64,000 nt of DNA from Ruditapes philippinarum (GCF_026571515.1 NW_026862407.1:124001-188000), one strand, 5' to 3'. Counted from the first letter of the stretch, positions 25,381 to 39,844 are shown. Made by a program: numbers and translations. The notes: generated by a model not told the origin, from the sequence alone.

Positions 25381-28344
25381 AATGTTCCTAGTAATGTCAC
25401 AATTAAATTGAACAAAAATACTTCAGTCAATGTAGTACATGCATATAATATCATGTATCATAACAGGACACTTGACAACATGAATCATTACATGATATCG
25501 TTGACAAAAGTGTTCCATTCAGATTTCAGCAGTGAATATTGAACCGGCACATGATTCACTAGTTATATGTATGACGAAAGCATATAACTGTTTTCCTTTC
25601 TTGAACATGTATGATAATATGTGTTTGAAGAAAAGCATGCTGTAGAACAATTGAATACCAAAGAGGTTGTGAGTATTTCTCCTTGTGGCTACATTAAGAC
25701 GATCGGTTCATGTCTCGATCTGTAACATAATTATTGCTTTTCCCCGTCGTAGATCTCGACAATTATATCTTGAAAATATTTTTAGCATCTTATTTACAAA
25801 CAAAACAAAATTTTATTCTTGTTTTATTACAATTTTATAGATTTTATAACATGTTTGCTTGAAATATATTTTCTTGTTTTCCTCCTTTTAGTTTTTACCA
25901 TTTACACATTTGTGTTATTATTTAGAAATATAATATTGTCGTTTATTTACATTCTAAAATATATTCTACATTCATGCAATAACCCTCATCCTTTTGTTTT
26001 GATAATTATATGAACTGTTTAAATATTCCTTAATCACTGGCACCTTTATTTAAAACGTTTATTTCAGAGGAATAAGGATTATTTTTTGTATTTAATGGCG
26101 AAATTGAAATTCATTGGGTAACTAATTTTCCAATCGGAAAATTGCCATTTCTTGATTCATATTAATCCTTCGATTAAATTAAGCGGAAAGGAGAAAATTT
26201 AAAAATCTAAATTTCACAGCATGAATCTATAATTGGAAAATGCAAACCCAATGTGAGTTGAAAAAGTAATGTTATCGTTTATTTCTTTGAGCGCAAAAAA
26301 GCAAAATTGAAGATCCTTTTTAAAATAGGTTGCAACTTAGAATACATGTATACAAATTAGTCCTTAGCATGATCGTAAAACAAAATTAGTTCATGATGAG
26401 TTCTCCATTGATGCAAATTTTAGCTTATTTTATGTCGTTTATGTGTCGAATACTCACCCTTACGAAATGAAAAGGTTAAATGTAAGAAAAAAAGTTACGC
26501 TAAAATTGTTACGTTATGACATTTATCTGGTCCTCCAAACAAAGAATCTACTTTAAGTTAAGTTAAGCTTCAACATTTGTTAAGAAGTTACTCGTGGTAA
26601 GTGTAATTATATAACAGGTAAAATAAATTCGGTTAAAGTCCAAGTCTTGAGATAAATATGGAAATATTATGAGGCGATATTGAATTAATTAGATATTGTA
26701 TATCATAAAATAGTAATAATACATGCACGATAAGTAGACAACCATTGTTTTGGCACAGTCTAAAAATACATTCATTGTTTATGTTGTATACATTTAATAT
26801 ATAACTAAAATATTTAAAGGGGGCAAAACTTCCAATCTAATACAGTAACTATTATATACTGTAACAATGTATTCATACATACATATGTTTATGAACAATT
26901 AATTAAATAATCCGTAAGGAATACGACACATAAATTGAATTTATGTACTGCGTTAAATGATTCATGATTAATGGAAAACAAAAGCTTTTTTAACAGAAAC
27001 AGAGTTCTTAGATGCATCATAGCCGACATGAAACTTAATAGGCTTTTGACATGCTTTCATTTGACTCCGGCTGCTCTTTTTTAACTTTATTTTATCACAC
27101 ACAAAAATTAAAAAATGTATACTATCAACTGATTGTTGAATCTGACTTATTTATTGATTAAATTAAATTACAACAATAGTATAGGTAAAATTGCAGACTC
27201 GGTTTGATTGAGTTCATGGGCGATAATGTAAAAATGCAACAACTCTCACGCACCCTAGCACCAAACACCCGTACTTGAATCCATGATTTCAAAGGACAAG
27301 AAAAGTGTAAAATCATTGTGACGTACAAGCAATTTGATACGTATTGGAATGGACGAATATAACTTTCGTGTTTCCGTCTGAGTCATAGAAATCTCTTAAA
27401 ATATAAATCAACGGCTGCATGTCACTGCATGTCTTCAAATAATTGAAACAGATGTCTAACATCTTAGTGTTTATGATAGGAAAATGTACATCATTTTCGT
27501 GCGTGAAAATATAATTGAAATAAGAAGTAAACGCTGCTTTATGATGAGTGTAAGCCAATTTTCTATCACTTTATAAATAACTTGAAATCGAAGAAACTTG
27601 CTGGACAAAAAATATATGAAATGCAAAGGATGGACGATAAGAAATAAGTTAATTATTGTACACACACACGTAGGATACTTCAAAACTTATTATTGCTCTT
27701 TTTTGCGAATGTTTATTGCTATTACACTTAGAAGAATGATCTTAATTATGATTAAAAGATAAATTAATACGACACGCATTTAATTAATCACATAAAATCA
27801 CATAAAATTGTGCTTGGTAATTTCATTTTCGATTGTAAAGTATTCATCCCCATTGAATGATAACATTATCAAGTAAGTGATAAGCTTATCAATCAAATTA
27901 TGTTTTAATTGTTATTACGCCAAGTCTTATGATTTTTGCCAATGAATAATTGTTTTAATTGTAAATAATTTCTATTCAAAGTGTTAATTACTTTTCAGAT
28001 AGCCTTATCTAATGTATTTATGATATTTATGATGAACAAATATTAATTAATACAAAGAGTGTATGAGAGCATACACTCTTAAAATTGGAGATAAATATTT
28101 ATAAAATCCAATATAATTTTTTATTGTTATAGAAAAGATAATTCACATTACATTTAAAAGGCATTCAATGTTTTTTATCTTTACAACTAAATAATCTGTT
28201 AAATGTCAAGTCATGATTTTTGTATTGAGCGTGTCATAAAATAATTAAAAAAACCAAACGTGACAGAAAATAGGGTCAAACAATTAATTGAACCTAATTT
28301 ATTGCATAGGCACATAGAAAAGGTTTCATTTTAGAGTATTAAAT

Positions 28345-28605
28345 CACGACAGATAAGGCGAGGTCGCCCTGACACTGGCTAAGTATTTGAGTGTAAGTTG
28401 GCATCTCCAAAACTAATGCAAATAATGCATTAAAATTTCATACAAGCATATAAGAAGTTAACTTACCGATTCCCACAACTCTTACATTGATTTTGACAGA
28501 ATTATGGCCCTTTTTTACTTGGAAAATTCTTTATTATCCAAGCTCTTCTTTTAATACAGATCACCAAGAAGAGACGAGCAGGCTGTCCTACTGACAGCTC
28601 TTGTT
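28345..28605 (+). mobile_element. Old HINE remnant (paralog of 15170-15414)
   Basis: attatggccctttttt repeat motif and 3' end gagcaggctgtcctactgacagctcttgtt. Confidence 0.6.
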
Positions 28606-29551
28606 GGTCAGAAAGCCTTGTTGAGCATTGCTTCCATCCTTTTCTTTACTTACATCTTATACGATGCTAGAAAATGAACCTGAAGTGTATCTAAATGATA
28701 AGAAAGATACTTTTTACACTCATTTAGGTTTAATGAGTATTATACAATAGCACACGGTTAACAGAAATGTTTCTCTCTCCGAGAAAAGAGAATATTGCGT
28801 GTTACGTGCCAACTGTTATTCATCACTATTCGATATCTAAATTGAATGAGGACACGATATTAATTTCTGTCAACAAAATGGAGCAACGTCTTTGTTTCCT
28901 CTTTCTTAATATAAACATTTTCATAACATTTGTAAACACATCTCTCTAAAATGGATTTTGTATTGAAAACATCATCTGTTTAGTATTAAGGTCAACTGTT
29001 GCCTTTAAGTAGAACTAATTTTAGCACACATTTAAATGAAGGCTGATGCTATGGACTTCATTGAATTTAAAAAATAACGCCGATTATAAAACGTACACAC
29101 TGAACAAAAGCAGATATTAAATGTAGACTCTTTCGAATACAAATATCATAACTTTTTTTCATTACTGAAAAATAAACTGGCAGTTTGGTGAATTGAAATA
29201 TTTTAAGTTTATACTGCAATATAGTAATGCAAATGTGTCTCCATTTTTGGAATTTTGACACACAAAATAAATGTCATGTCACAATGGACATCTTAACAAT
29301 GGCATTAAAGCTTAAATTAATAAGGAAAAAGGATATTGTCGATCAAATCTATTGTAAGGATAATCGGTAACTGATATACTCCATCCATGTAAAACTAAAT
29401 AAGTTTTTGAAAATAAAGAAAAGTTTTTCCCTTAAACACTTATTGTGTAGCTGATGAAATTACTTTTTACTTTAAATTTGTATAAGTTCTCGTATTTGTA
29501 TAAGTCTCTTTAACCATAAATAAGAATAAATGATTTACGACATTTGTTTTT

Positions 29552-31224
29552 TTTTATCCCCCGCCGAAAAGGCGGCGGGGGATATAGAAATAGTCTCCGT
29601 CCGTCCGACATTCCGTCCTTCCGTCCGTCCTTCCGTCCGTCCGTCCTTCCGTCCGACATTTTTGTCCGGAGCATATCTCTAAAAGTATTTGAGTTATCAA
29701 CTTGAAACTTCATAGGTGGATAGACCTCATTGAGGAGGAGTGCAGTGCACAAGAATGATAACTTTACCTTGCATAATTTTTGAGTTATTGCCCTTTGTTA
29801 TTTTTCAAAATTGATTTTTGTCCAGAGCATAACTCCAAAAGCCTATGAGATATCAACATGAATCTTCATAGGTGCATATATCTCACTCAGGAGGTGTGCA
29901 GTGCACAAGAATGATAACTCTACCTTTCATAATTTTTGAGTTATTGCTCTTTGTTATTTTTCATACTTAATTTTTCACCAGAGTGGAGCAAAACTCAAAA
30001 TGTTTTTGAGATATCAACATGAAATGTCATAGTTGGATATATCTTATTGAGGAGGAATGTTGTGCGCAAGAATGATAACTCTTCCCTTTACATTTTTGAG
30101 TTATTGCCCTTTGTTCTTTTTCATGCTATTTTGTCCAGAGCTTATCTCAAAAAGTATTTGAGGTATCAACTTGAAACTTCATAGGTGGATGGATCTCATT
30201 GAGGAGGAGTGCATTGCACAAGAATGATAACTCTACCCTGCATTATTTTTGAGTTATTGCCCTTTGTTATTTTTCAAAATGAATTTTTGTCCAGAGCATA
30301 ACTCAAAAAGCCTTTGAGATATCAAAATGAAACTTCATAGGTACATAGATCTCACTCAGGAGGTGTGCAGTGCACAAGAATGATAACTCTACCTTTTATA
30401 ATTTTTGAGTTATTGCCCTTTGTTATTTTTCATACCTAATTTTTCACCCGAGTGGAGCATAACTCAAAAGTGTTTGAGATGTCAACATGAAATGTCATAG
30501 GTGGATAGATTTTATTGACTCTGGGAATGCTGTGCACAAGAATGATAACTCTTCCCTGTACAATTTTTGAGTTATTGCCCTTTGTTCTTTTTCATGCTAT
30601 TTTGTCCGGAGCTTATCTAAAAAAGTATTTGAGGTATCCACTTGAAACTTCATAGGTGGATAAATCTCATTGAGGAAGAGTGCAGTGCACAAGAACGATA
30701 ACTCTACCCTGCATAATTGTTTAGTTATTGCCCTTTTTTTATTTTTCAAAATTAATTTTTGTCCAGAGCATAACTCAAAAGGCCTTTTAGATATCATTAT
30801 GAAACTTCATAGGTGCATAGATCTCACTCAGGAGGTGTGCAGTGCACAAGAATGATAACTCTACCTTTTATAATTTTTGAGTTATTGCCCTTTGTTATTT
30901 TTCTTACTTAAATTTTCAATTCAATTTTTTTCTCAAAAAGTATTTGAGGTATCAACTTGAAACTTCATAGGTGGATAGATTTTACTGAGGAGGGATGCAA
31001 CACACAAGAATGATAACCTACCGTGCATTATTTTTCAGTTATTGTCCTTTGTTATTTTCAGCCATCAGTATTCACATAGGTTTTAAATCTGTAATCGCTA
31101 TAGCCATCAGTTTTCATTACCAAAAGACCTTTTAAAATGGAATCATTCTGCTCTACTTCATATACATTCTTCCAATGAGCAAACACATTCGGCGGGGGAT
31201 GGCCATGTTGACATGGCTCTTGTT
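29552..31224 (+). mobile_element. HINE with ~157-bp central repeats arranged as a ~470-bp higher-order repeat
   Basis: subTIR atcccccgccg...cggcgggggat, (CCGT)n tract, ~9 tandem monomers, 3' cggcgggggat + hairpin gccatgttgacatggc + cttgtt. Confidence 0.9.
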
Positions 31225-32559
31225 TTATTTTCATTTTCTTAAATATGAAGTCATTAAGATTAAAATACAATTATTTTAGCATAATGTATACATTTTGACA
31301 AACAATTTCAAATATTCATCTAGAGATACGCGACACATAATGTTATTTTGTTATTTTATTTCATTTGATTTGTCACGTTTATCTTTGATAATGCCCACAA
31401 TGCGTCACCAGCAGACAGTTTATTGTCAATCGAAACTATTTTATCAATCCTGATACATTGTAATCTAAAATCATCAACAATAGTCGGTGGCAATTTGATG
31501 GAATTTTCGCATGAATTTGATTATGTTTTCAATAACGTTTTGAACTTATTCTTGAGAAAGAAGAAAAAGAACATTATCGCATAATGCAATGAAACGTAAT
31601 ATAAATTACCTACTCACTAAACTAGAACTAAGAATCAAGTACCACGATAACAATTACACATAGCCACCTGTCACAAAATCAAGTTATGATCTTGTGAGGC
31701 ATTATAGGAGTTTGCTAGACTTACTTTTCAAATATAATTGAAAAATATAGGAGAAAAAACATTTTTCCTGAAACTTAATATTCGAAACGATTCCTACAGA
31801 TGAACCTAAACAATTTAAAACGTTGATATAATCGATATTCAAGAACTACTTTTGAACAATAGATTAGAAATTTTCAAATAACACAACGATATTATTAATG
31901 AAACAAAAAAACTTTAAAAAACATTCATTTGTGTACGTTACACAGTTCAGTGATTTTTATCAGGTTCATATCAATATCGCTCGTTTGATTTCCTACATTC
32001 AAATTCAATCATTTTCATTCAAAATATTGTATTTGTCTTAATTGATATGAAACGAATATGCCCCTTGTTAAGTCGATGTGGCTGAGTCTTGTCACGTTGA
32101 AAGGGATTTATTATAAAAGGTTTTTAATTCGTGCTCTCGTTTTGTAGCGTTATCAAGTGTTTCGAGCAAGATCATTTTCCTTATTTGGTTTTGCAATTTC
32201 TGTATATCCGGGCTTGTAATGGTATAATAAATGTATTGGTTGTAATATTTGCTCATCGAAGTTATTAAATGTTTTGTGTCGGCGTTGACTAATATTTAGT
32301 ATAATGATACATTTTTGTTGTTTAATTGTAAAATTAAATTTTATCGGAGAAATAACTTTTCGTTACAAATCGCCTAAGCAAACAAGTATGTCAATAGTGT
32401 TTTGTACTTTTGTGTCCCTAGTTTTTTTGTTTGTTGTTTTTTTAATTTTGCCCCGCTCATTCCCCGTTCTTAAAGTCCCTTGTGCCCTTTTACTTTGTGG
32501 GCCAATAGATCAATCAATTATATTGATTTCTTTGTCGGTTACTATAATTTCCTTTTATG

Positions 32560-32710
32560 TATGCGATTATCCTGTCCGTGTTCCTCATTGTGCCCTGTCC
32601 GGTTTTTGTTTGGTGGGCTCCAGGCCACTGGTCCTTGCTGCTGGGCCGTGTTGGGGATTGCGTTCATTGAACGCCACCTATCCTTGTTGATCGTTTTATC
32701 ATATTGTAAG
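32560..32710 (+). repeat. Dispersed repeat Y (reverse copies at 47110-47170 and 60100-60245)
   Basis: ggggattgcgttcattgaacgccacctatccttgttgatc...tcatatt matches the reverse complement of aatatga-aaacaagatc-acaagg-aaggcggcgttcaat-aacgcaacccc. Confidence 0.75.
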
Positions 32711-32950
32711 ATTTAACACTTTGCTTTGTTCTACAAAATCGTCCTTCAGTTACATAGATATGACAGAATCAATTCATTATTTCACTCATTTATTTATAAA
32801 TAATATGGCATTTCCTTTTTGTTATCAGACAGTATGATGATATATGTCTTACATGATATGATATCTAAATAATGTCACGACACGGCAATATTTTACGCTG
32901 ATTAATCGCTAAAAACAGTATGAAAAGTTGTTCATATTTCAACCTTTTAT

Positions 32951-33495
32951 TTCATGCTTTCCAGTGTTTTATTGTAATATATTCGATGATTATATTCTGA
33001 TAAACCACTAGTGAAATTTATAAAATATAATTTTCACTGTAGCCGGACTATATCTAAATGCGAATGAAAACAAAATAATAACTAAATGGAATAACAGGCA
33101 GAAATAAATGCTGTCATGCGTAAATTTTGCTTCTTTATGAAAAGAAAGTCGATGTCACCATACATCATGTTAAAAATGTAACAAAATTAGAGAAATTTAA
33201 CAGAACTATATTTCAAAATTGATGATGTGACGTCATGATGTGATGACGTCACAAAGGAGAATGCGCGACGTTACGCGGCAAAATCAGTAAATAATACTTA
33301 AAATCACTTAAAAAGCATGAAATAAAAAGAAAATTTATTTGTTTTACATATAAGATTGAAATATATTTCATTCGTGAACACCAGCTATTATATTTTCACT
33401 CGTGGCTACGCCACTAGTGAAAATATTGCATCTGGTGTTCACTCAGTGAAATTATATTTCAATCTTACATGCAAAACAAACAAATATCCTCTATA
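32951..33495. mobile_element. Non-autonomous element with subterminal hairpins (possibly Crypton-like)
   Basis: Insertion relative to unit A (~19225); ~55-bp-arm hairpin centred on cactcgtggc-tac-gccactagtg; ends aaatatcctctata. Family assignment tentative. Confidence 0.7.
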
Positions 33496-34149
33496 TATTG
33501 ACATATCTTTTTACGTTGATAAATAAATTTTTCTATCAAAGATTACAGTTTTTTACTTCAAAATCTGCTATCTATAATAAATATGAATGTTGTAGAAATA
33601 AACCGTGTAAGATTGGGTCAGCTATGGCAAAAATGTACTTGTATATAAACATAGTAACAATAATTATCGTGTTACTCTTAAATACTTTTAGCTGAAAGGT
33701 CTTAGGCAGAAAGACAGTTTCCAACCATATTTGCAAGACGCAACAGCCATAAAAATGATTTAAATAATCATTTCAACGAAGGAGACACATTCATCAATTC
33801 TTATGACAGATAAAATTATACAAATGATGACAAATACTCAAAATAGGGCAAAGTTAACATATTCTTCTTTTATCAACAATTGTAGAAGGCTATCAAGATA
33901 TTTTGGGCATTAGACTATTTACACGCACCCTTTATTACTTTGTACTAAATTTCGGTTGATATAAAAATGTTAAAGTATTGAATACCGAAGTTTCTAAAAT
34001 ATAACGTTCAGGAAATGACCGATTTATTACGATACTGACAGATGTTAGATTTTATTTGGCTGGAAAGGCTTACAGTAAGACTACCTTAATTGTCAAAAAT
34101 GAAATATTAAAGGTCGCAAAAATGAATACAATTTTGCTGTTAACTCAAA

Positions 34150-36920
34150 CTCTTTTAATCCCTGTGTGCTCAGCATCTGCAGATACAAATGAACAAAACA
34201 CATTTATTTATAATAAATTAATAAGATTCTTTATGCATTTCCTTCCTATATTAATATGTTTGCTCATTTTTTTTCACGACAGTAATATATTTCTTACAAA
34301 CTGAAATATTTTCTTAGTTCAATAAGCCAGTCCAAGTTTGTTTGTTTATATCTGATGGTTTGAGGCAACGCCAGGTACGTTAATATTTTCTAAGTGTGCT
34401 GTGGAGATGCACACAGCCCACTGTAACGAAAGGTAAACATTATTTAAGATGAATCAATTAACAAATGTCCCAACGCGTCAGGCTTTGACAAACATTGATT
34501 AAGATTGTAATGGTAGCATGCAACTTTTGGAGAGAAAAACATATTTGTTCAAGCCAATACACAATGAATAGCGAATAGAGACTTAAATCAATATCAACAT
34601 TTTTGTATTATTCTTCAAGTGCAAATTATGATTTTTAATATATGAAAAAGAATTTTAATAATCTCCTGAAATATTATTAAAACATTTGTATATTGTATTG
34701 ATTTTCTTTAGTATTTTGTCACTACCCTTTACACAATAATTAAAGTATATTTGTCTTATTACATGCTTGAGTACAATCCCTGGAATATAGACAATTTTGT
34801 CATCTATATTCTCATGAGTGATACACTTTAAGGAGTTACCAATCCTAGTACTAGAGAAGTTGACGGTGTTTTTCATACATTTGTACCATGAGAGAGAGGC
34901 GATATCCAAGGAACTAAATTTTGATAATTTAACAGTCACGCTTTTAGCAAGCGAAAATGCTAGTTTTGTGTTTATGTTGTGCATAGGTTTTGCATTACAG
35001 AAGATTGCAGTATCAATGACTTTGAACATAAAAGCATTTTCCGCTTGCATCTGAAATAGAAATAAAAGGGTAAACTATAAAATATTCTTAGTAATCTTAA
35101 AATAGCACTTACTTCTCTTAAAATAGCACATACTTCATATCACACTCTTCGTATTAAAAGGTAAAACCACAACATGGCTCAAAACTAAAAGAATCAAAAT
35201 ATATAAGTAAGCTAAAGTTTTTCTCATTATATTTTATGCTGGTTATAATTATCTCTACTTAGAGTGATGACATTGCATTCCCAGGTTTAATTGCTTCCGT
35301 GACCGACGAATTGGACATATAACGTTTCGTCTTTGTCTCAACTCTTTCCGCTAAAATGGAAATTGATAAATGATTAACTAAAAAATTACCATAAAATGTA
35401 TAGAGGTTCGTTTACAGGATCTATAACTATACTTGTAAACACCATATTGACTGGCATGTCAGACTTTTAACGGATACAAATGTATATAAAATAGCTCATT
35501 ACCAGTGATAATTCATGACTAAGATAATAATCATTATGATATTCTAAAACATGTGTTTTGTTAGAAGAACATAAGCATTCAACTTTGGTGTTCCATGCAA
35601 CTTTAGTAATGATAGTTTTAAAGAAATAGCAAACTTTACTAGCACAGTCTGCGTATATAACACAATCAACACTTTGTGAAAAATGTCCAAATTCCAATTT
35701 CATTTGCATTTATTCAATTAGCATTCCGGAGTGATAACGTTACCTTATGATTATTTCATAAACAATTCAAACCTGTTTTTGTGAATTGTATACTGTAGAA
35801 TAGAAGTTCGGTGATGTAAAAGGTGCAAATATGGATGTCAAGGAAAAGAGAAAAAGAACAAACCGAAATGATCATATATCTAGGTCTTTGTATTATTAAA
35901 GGTATAATAGGATTATAGCATCTAATGTTGCAAGGTCAATTAGATAGAATTAGCCGAAGACAATATGTTTGAGAAAGAGTTTTTCTTATACCAACATAAA
36001 TATACAATAGGCAAGTACTCCCGAAATTGTGTTATTCTGATACTTTTATGTTACTTAGGTATTATTTTGTCATCTTTTTTTGTGAAAAAAATATCATAAC
36101 TAAATGTAATAACAGGCAGAAATAAATGCCGTCATACGTAAATTTTGCTTCTTCGGGAAAAGAAAATCGATGTCATCATACATTATGTTAAGAATGTAAC
36201 ACAATTAAGAGAAATTTAACATAACTGTATTTCAAAATTGATGATGTGACGTCGTGATGTGATGACGTCACAACGGAGAATGTGCGACGTTACGCGGCAA
36301 AATCAATAAAAAATACATTTGTGTACTTATGTTCACTTATAAAGCATGAAATAAATAGAAAATTATGTGATTTACATATAAGATATAAATATATTTTATT
36401 CGTGAACACTAGCTTTTCTATATTCGCCACTCACTCACCACGCATGTGGTGTTCGCTCAGTGAAATATATTTCAATCTTACATGCAAAACAAACAAATAT
36501 CCTCTCAATCATGATTGTACAAATCATGATGGTACATTTTGCATTAAAATTTTAAGTTTTCTCTTACAAAAACTAACCAGATATTTCATGCACAATGTAT
36601 TACTTGAGAAGTAGATAGTTTCAATGCAAATCTGGAGTGAAATTTACTTATCAATTGCATTGTCTGCATCTCACAATATGTTACAACAGAGAGTTATTAT
36701 TTTGGTTTATGTTATACCGGATACAAACAATCATCATTAAATACATTCAGTTTATAATGCAAACGTCTAGCAGTATAGTATTCAGCATACCTCTAGTAGT
36801 ATTTCTTAATGACTTTATTTGTGCAATATTGCAAATAACAACGTTCAGAGGACGAGATTCGAATAAAAAACGCATAATTAGCGCAATGTATTTCTATGGT
36901 CTTAACGAAATATAAAAATA
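34150..36920. repeat. Partial unit C of tandem segmental duplication
   Basis: Homologs of A blocks ~440-1700, 2040-2140 and 2550-3100 (e.g. ctaagtgtgctgtg-agatgcaca, caggctttgacaaacattg, tttcgtctttgtct-aac-ctttccgct). Confidence 0.85.
36088..36505. mobile_element. Second, truncated copy of the 32951-33495 element
   Basis: Shared aacaggcagaaataaatgc...gatgatgtgacgtc-tgatgtgatgacgtcacaa...aaacaaatatcctct. Confidence 0.75.
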
Positions 36921-39844
36921 CTTTTACTAGAGCTGTTGTATATTGCATCGTTGAGCTTGTGACATAAAGGAATGTTTCCGCACATGATGTGAAATAAATT
37001 GTTGGACAATCACGATAATACAAATGTAGCTAGCGTTTTAATAAAAGTATATTATTGGCTGGATGTTGCATGGTGTGCATGCTGATTCTTTTGTTGATCT
37101 TTGCACCCATATCTTACATGGTGATATATGAGTGTAGAGTAAACAATATTTGATTAATGAAATATCATTTCCGATTCTGTTATTAGAGTTGTAAATACTA
37201 GGTGATTAATTAATAAGGGATTTTTCATACAGCTCTGCTCAAAGCATTGTAAAAGACACAATTCACACACACTGCTACTTTCGAATCAGTGGGAAATAAT
37301 TCCAAATAACAACAAAGTGACCAATTTATGTTTTTGATAAATATCTCTTACTCCATACATTTTGTAATTAACAATTGTTATAAAAGCCAGGAACCATCAT
37401 TTAAATATATATTATAAAATGACAAGCACTAGCTTGCAATTGCAAGTTTCTATTTCAATCGTAGTCACTATGTTTTCATTAGGACATTCATTGTTTTTAT
37501 TTTATTAGACAGTCTCATGCTTCATTGTAAGTAGACTTTCTTCATTATATGTTTATATAAATTACATATTTCATTCCGTAAAGTTTTTGAAATTCCTGTA
37601 CAGCAATCGTATTATCAAATTTACTATACTTGAAAAAATCTTGAATGCGTAAAATATGTTTTTCTCATCTGTTTTTGAAGTTTTGACTTTCGTGACCTAC
37701 GTGTGGAGTCTGAAGATAATTAAAATATATTAAAATCCAACTTGAAGAACTTGATAACAACATATTTCCATGCCTGGCAACTAAGCGTGAGCTACAAAAT
37801 TCTGCAATGTTATGCAAATGTTATAGAATAAAGAGAAGATGCATTGATAGATTCCAAGATCATTTTGCGTGTAAATTATACGAAACTTTATACAAATTAT
37901 ATTAAAATTTTATACGTTGTGCAATGCAATCATCCTATTTTAAGTTTAAAAAAACCAGATTTGTATTGTGTTTGCTTTCATAACGTGTAGGCTTTACAAA
38001 TATGTATTTGTAAATTTGAAACATATACTATATTAATTTAAAGTCACGTGAATCTTTTTTTTTTTTAAATCTTAGGTCCATCTATGTACTTAAATATTTG
38101 TAAGAGCACACAATAATGCACACTCGTAGTTAACAAATTCTGTTTAAATAATTGTCATAAAAAATAACTTTTAAAGCAAAACGCAACAAAAAGGACCCGG
38201 AAGTTCTAAAAACCACTGTGTATGAGATTAACACACTTTGTTACTAATTTGTAAACAGAAAAAACAGACATCTAACAAAAACCCAACGACATGGTATATT
38301 AAAGCACGCATTTTCGTTGATGTTATCATTTCCTGTCCGTCTTTTAGCACGTGATCTTTTCTTGATTAAAAAATAGGACAAATTGTGTCACAGATTACAC
38401 GGTAACATTTTGATTGCTTTTATGATGATATTTAACAAATACCGCACATTTTTTTCTGCTAATTGAATTACTATAGTAACATTCACGCACGTTTTGGTAG
38501 ACCATAGTCATAGGACAGTTTTTTCTTTCATATGTACTTTACAAAGCTGCTTTATCTCGTTCACGTAAAGTTTGTGCATGTAAAAGTCTTTTGTTGAATT
38601 TAACCTATTTGTTTCTTTGACAATACTGATGAAAAAAACAACTATTTTCCATTTTTTTAGAACATTTTTTTTCTGGTTTAAATGTTTTGATACGCTGTAA
38701 ATTTTTATAAGAATAAGCTTTTAAACAATATAAAACAGTGGAAGTTAACAAGTGAAAATATAGGAAATACCTGTTTATGTCTGAGATATTTTGTTCGGGC
38801 ATCGAAACATATTTTTACTGTTTATTTTAATTCTAGTTTTCTTTTGATATCTGCGAAATACTTTATCTCTAAAAATCTGAAACTCGGAAGCATTTAAGCA
38901 CAACGAATTAACATTAAAATTGCAGACTCGGTTTAATTGAGTCTGTACATCAGGGAAAATGAAAGTGCAACATCCTTTACTCCCCCTAGCACCGGATTGA
39001 GCGGTACTCAATGATCCCGAAGAACCAGAAAAATATAATATAACAACACTGAAATGAAGTAAAATAAGGACTTCAAGGGCTAAAGAAATATAACAGGATT
39101 TTTTGCAATTTGTTACGTATTTCATAGTAAGAAATATTAATCATTGCCAAACACAGAAGGCGGTTTAGTTTAAATGTATAATGTGTATTTATGAGTATGT
39201 CCATTGTAATAATTGTATATTAACTACTTTCAGACGGCTTATTTTAATTCTCCTTTGTATCTATTTAACAAAACAATTGTGGGAGTAAGTCGCGATTACT
39301 TAAAAAAGGATACTTGGAAGGAAGAAAAAAATTACAATTACGTGAAAATGAATAAAAGATACATCATATCACGGAGGTATAAAATATTTATTGTAGTATT
39401 GCTAGATTAGATAGGAAGATTACAATAGATCAAAACAGAAATTTTATTTCGTAGAGTATACAACATTTGTTCTCTTCACATATCAAACATGATAAATAGC
39501 TAAGCGCATTACAACAAGATATGTTATTACAGACTTAACACGTTTTGGGCTTAAAATAATTATTGTCAAAAGATAAAAACATTTATTACCTTGACATTTC
39601 TGCGGTGATTTTTGTGTGTGAATATTTTATTACCCTATGTGCTTGCACATTTACAAAAAGTCGTAATTTCTATTTTAAATCAGCCAGATGCCATATTAAA
39701 TTAGAAGCATATTTAATTCATCAACATTCATTTATTTAAAATATACTAAATGAGAAAATAAGATATCGTATTCATCACGTCTTATATTTCATCATGTTTT
39801 CCTATAGGTATTGCTTTGTATAGAAGAATTAGCTATATTGATTT

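Larger units (their letters stand above)
21151..34130. repeat. Unit B of tandem segmental duplication
   Basis: Starts with acgaca...tacttgtccacagaagac as at position 1; same block order as unit A. Confidence 0.9.

Noticed and set aside
32304-32716. 128-aa hydrophobic ORF
   Set aside because: T-rich sequence running into dispersed repeat Y; no recognisable domain.
34655-35050. 131-aa minus-strand ORF behind an acceptor-like site
   Set aside because: Paralogous regions in units A and B carry large and non-triplet indels and stops.
38775-39125. 116-aa ORF with hydrophobic N-terminus
   Set aside because: Its middle is a diverged copy of element Z; probably a chance ORF.
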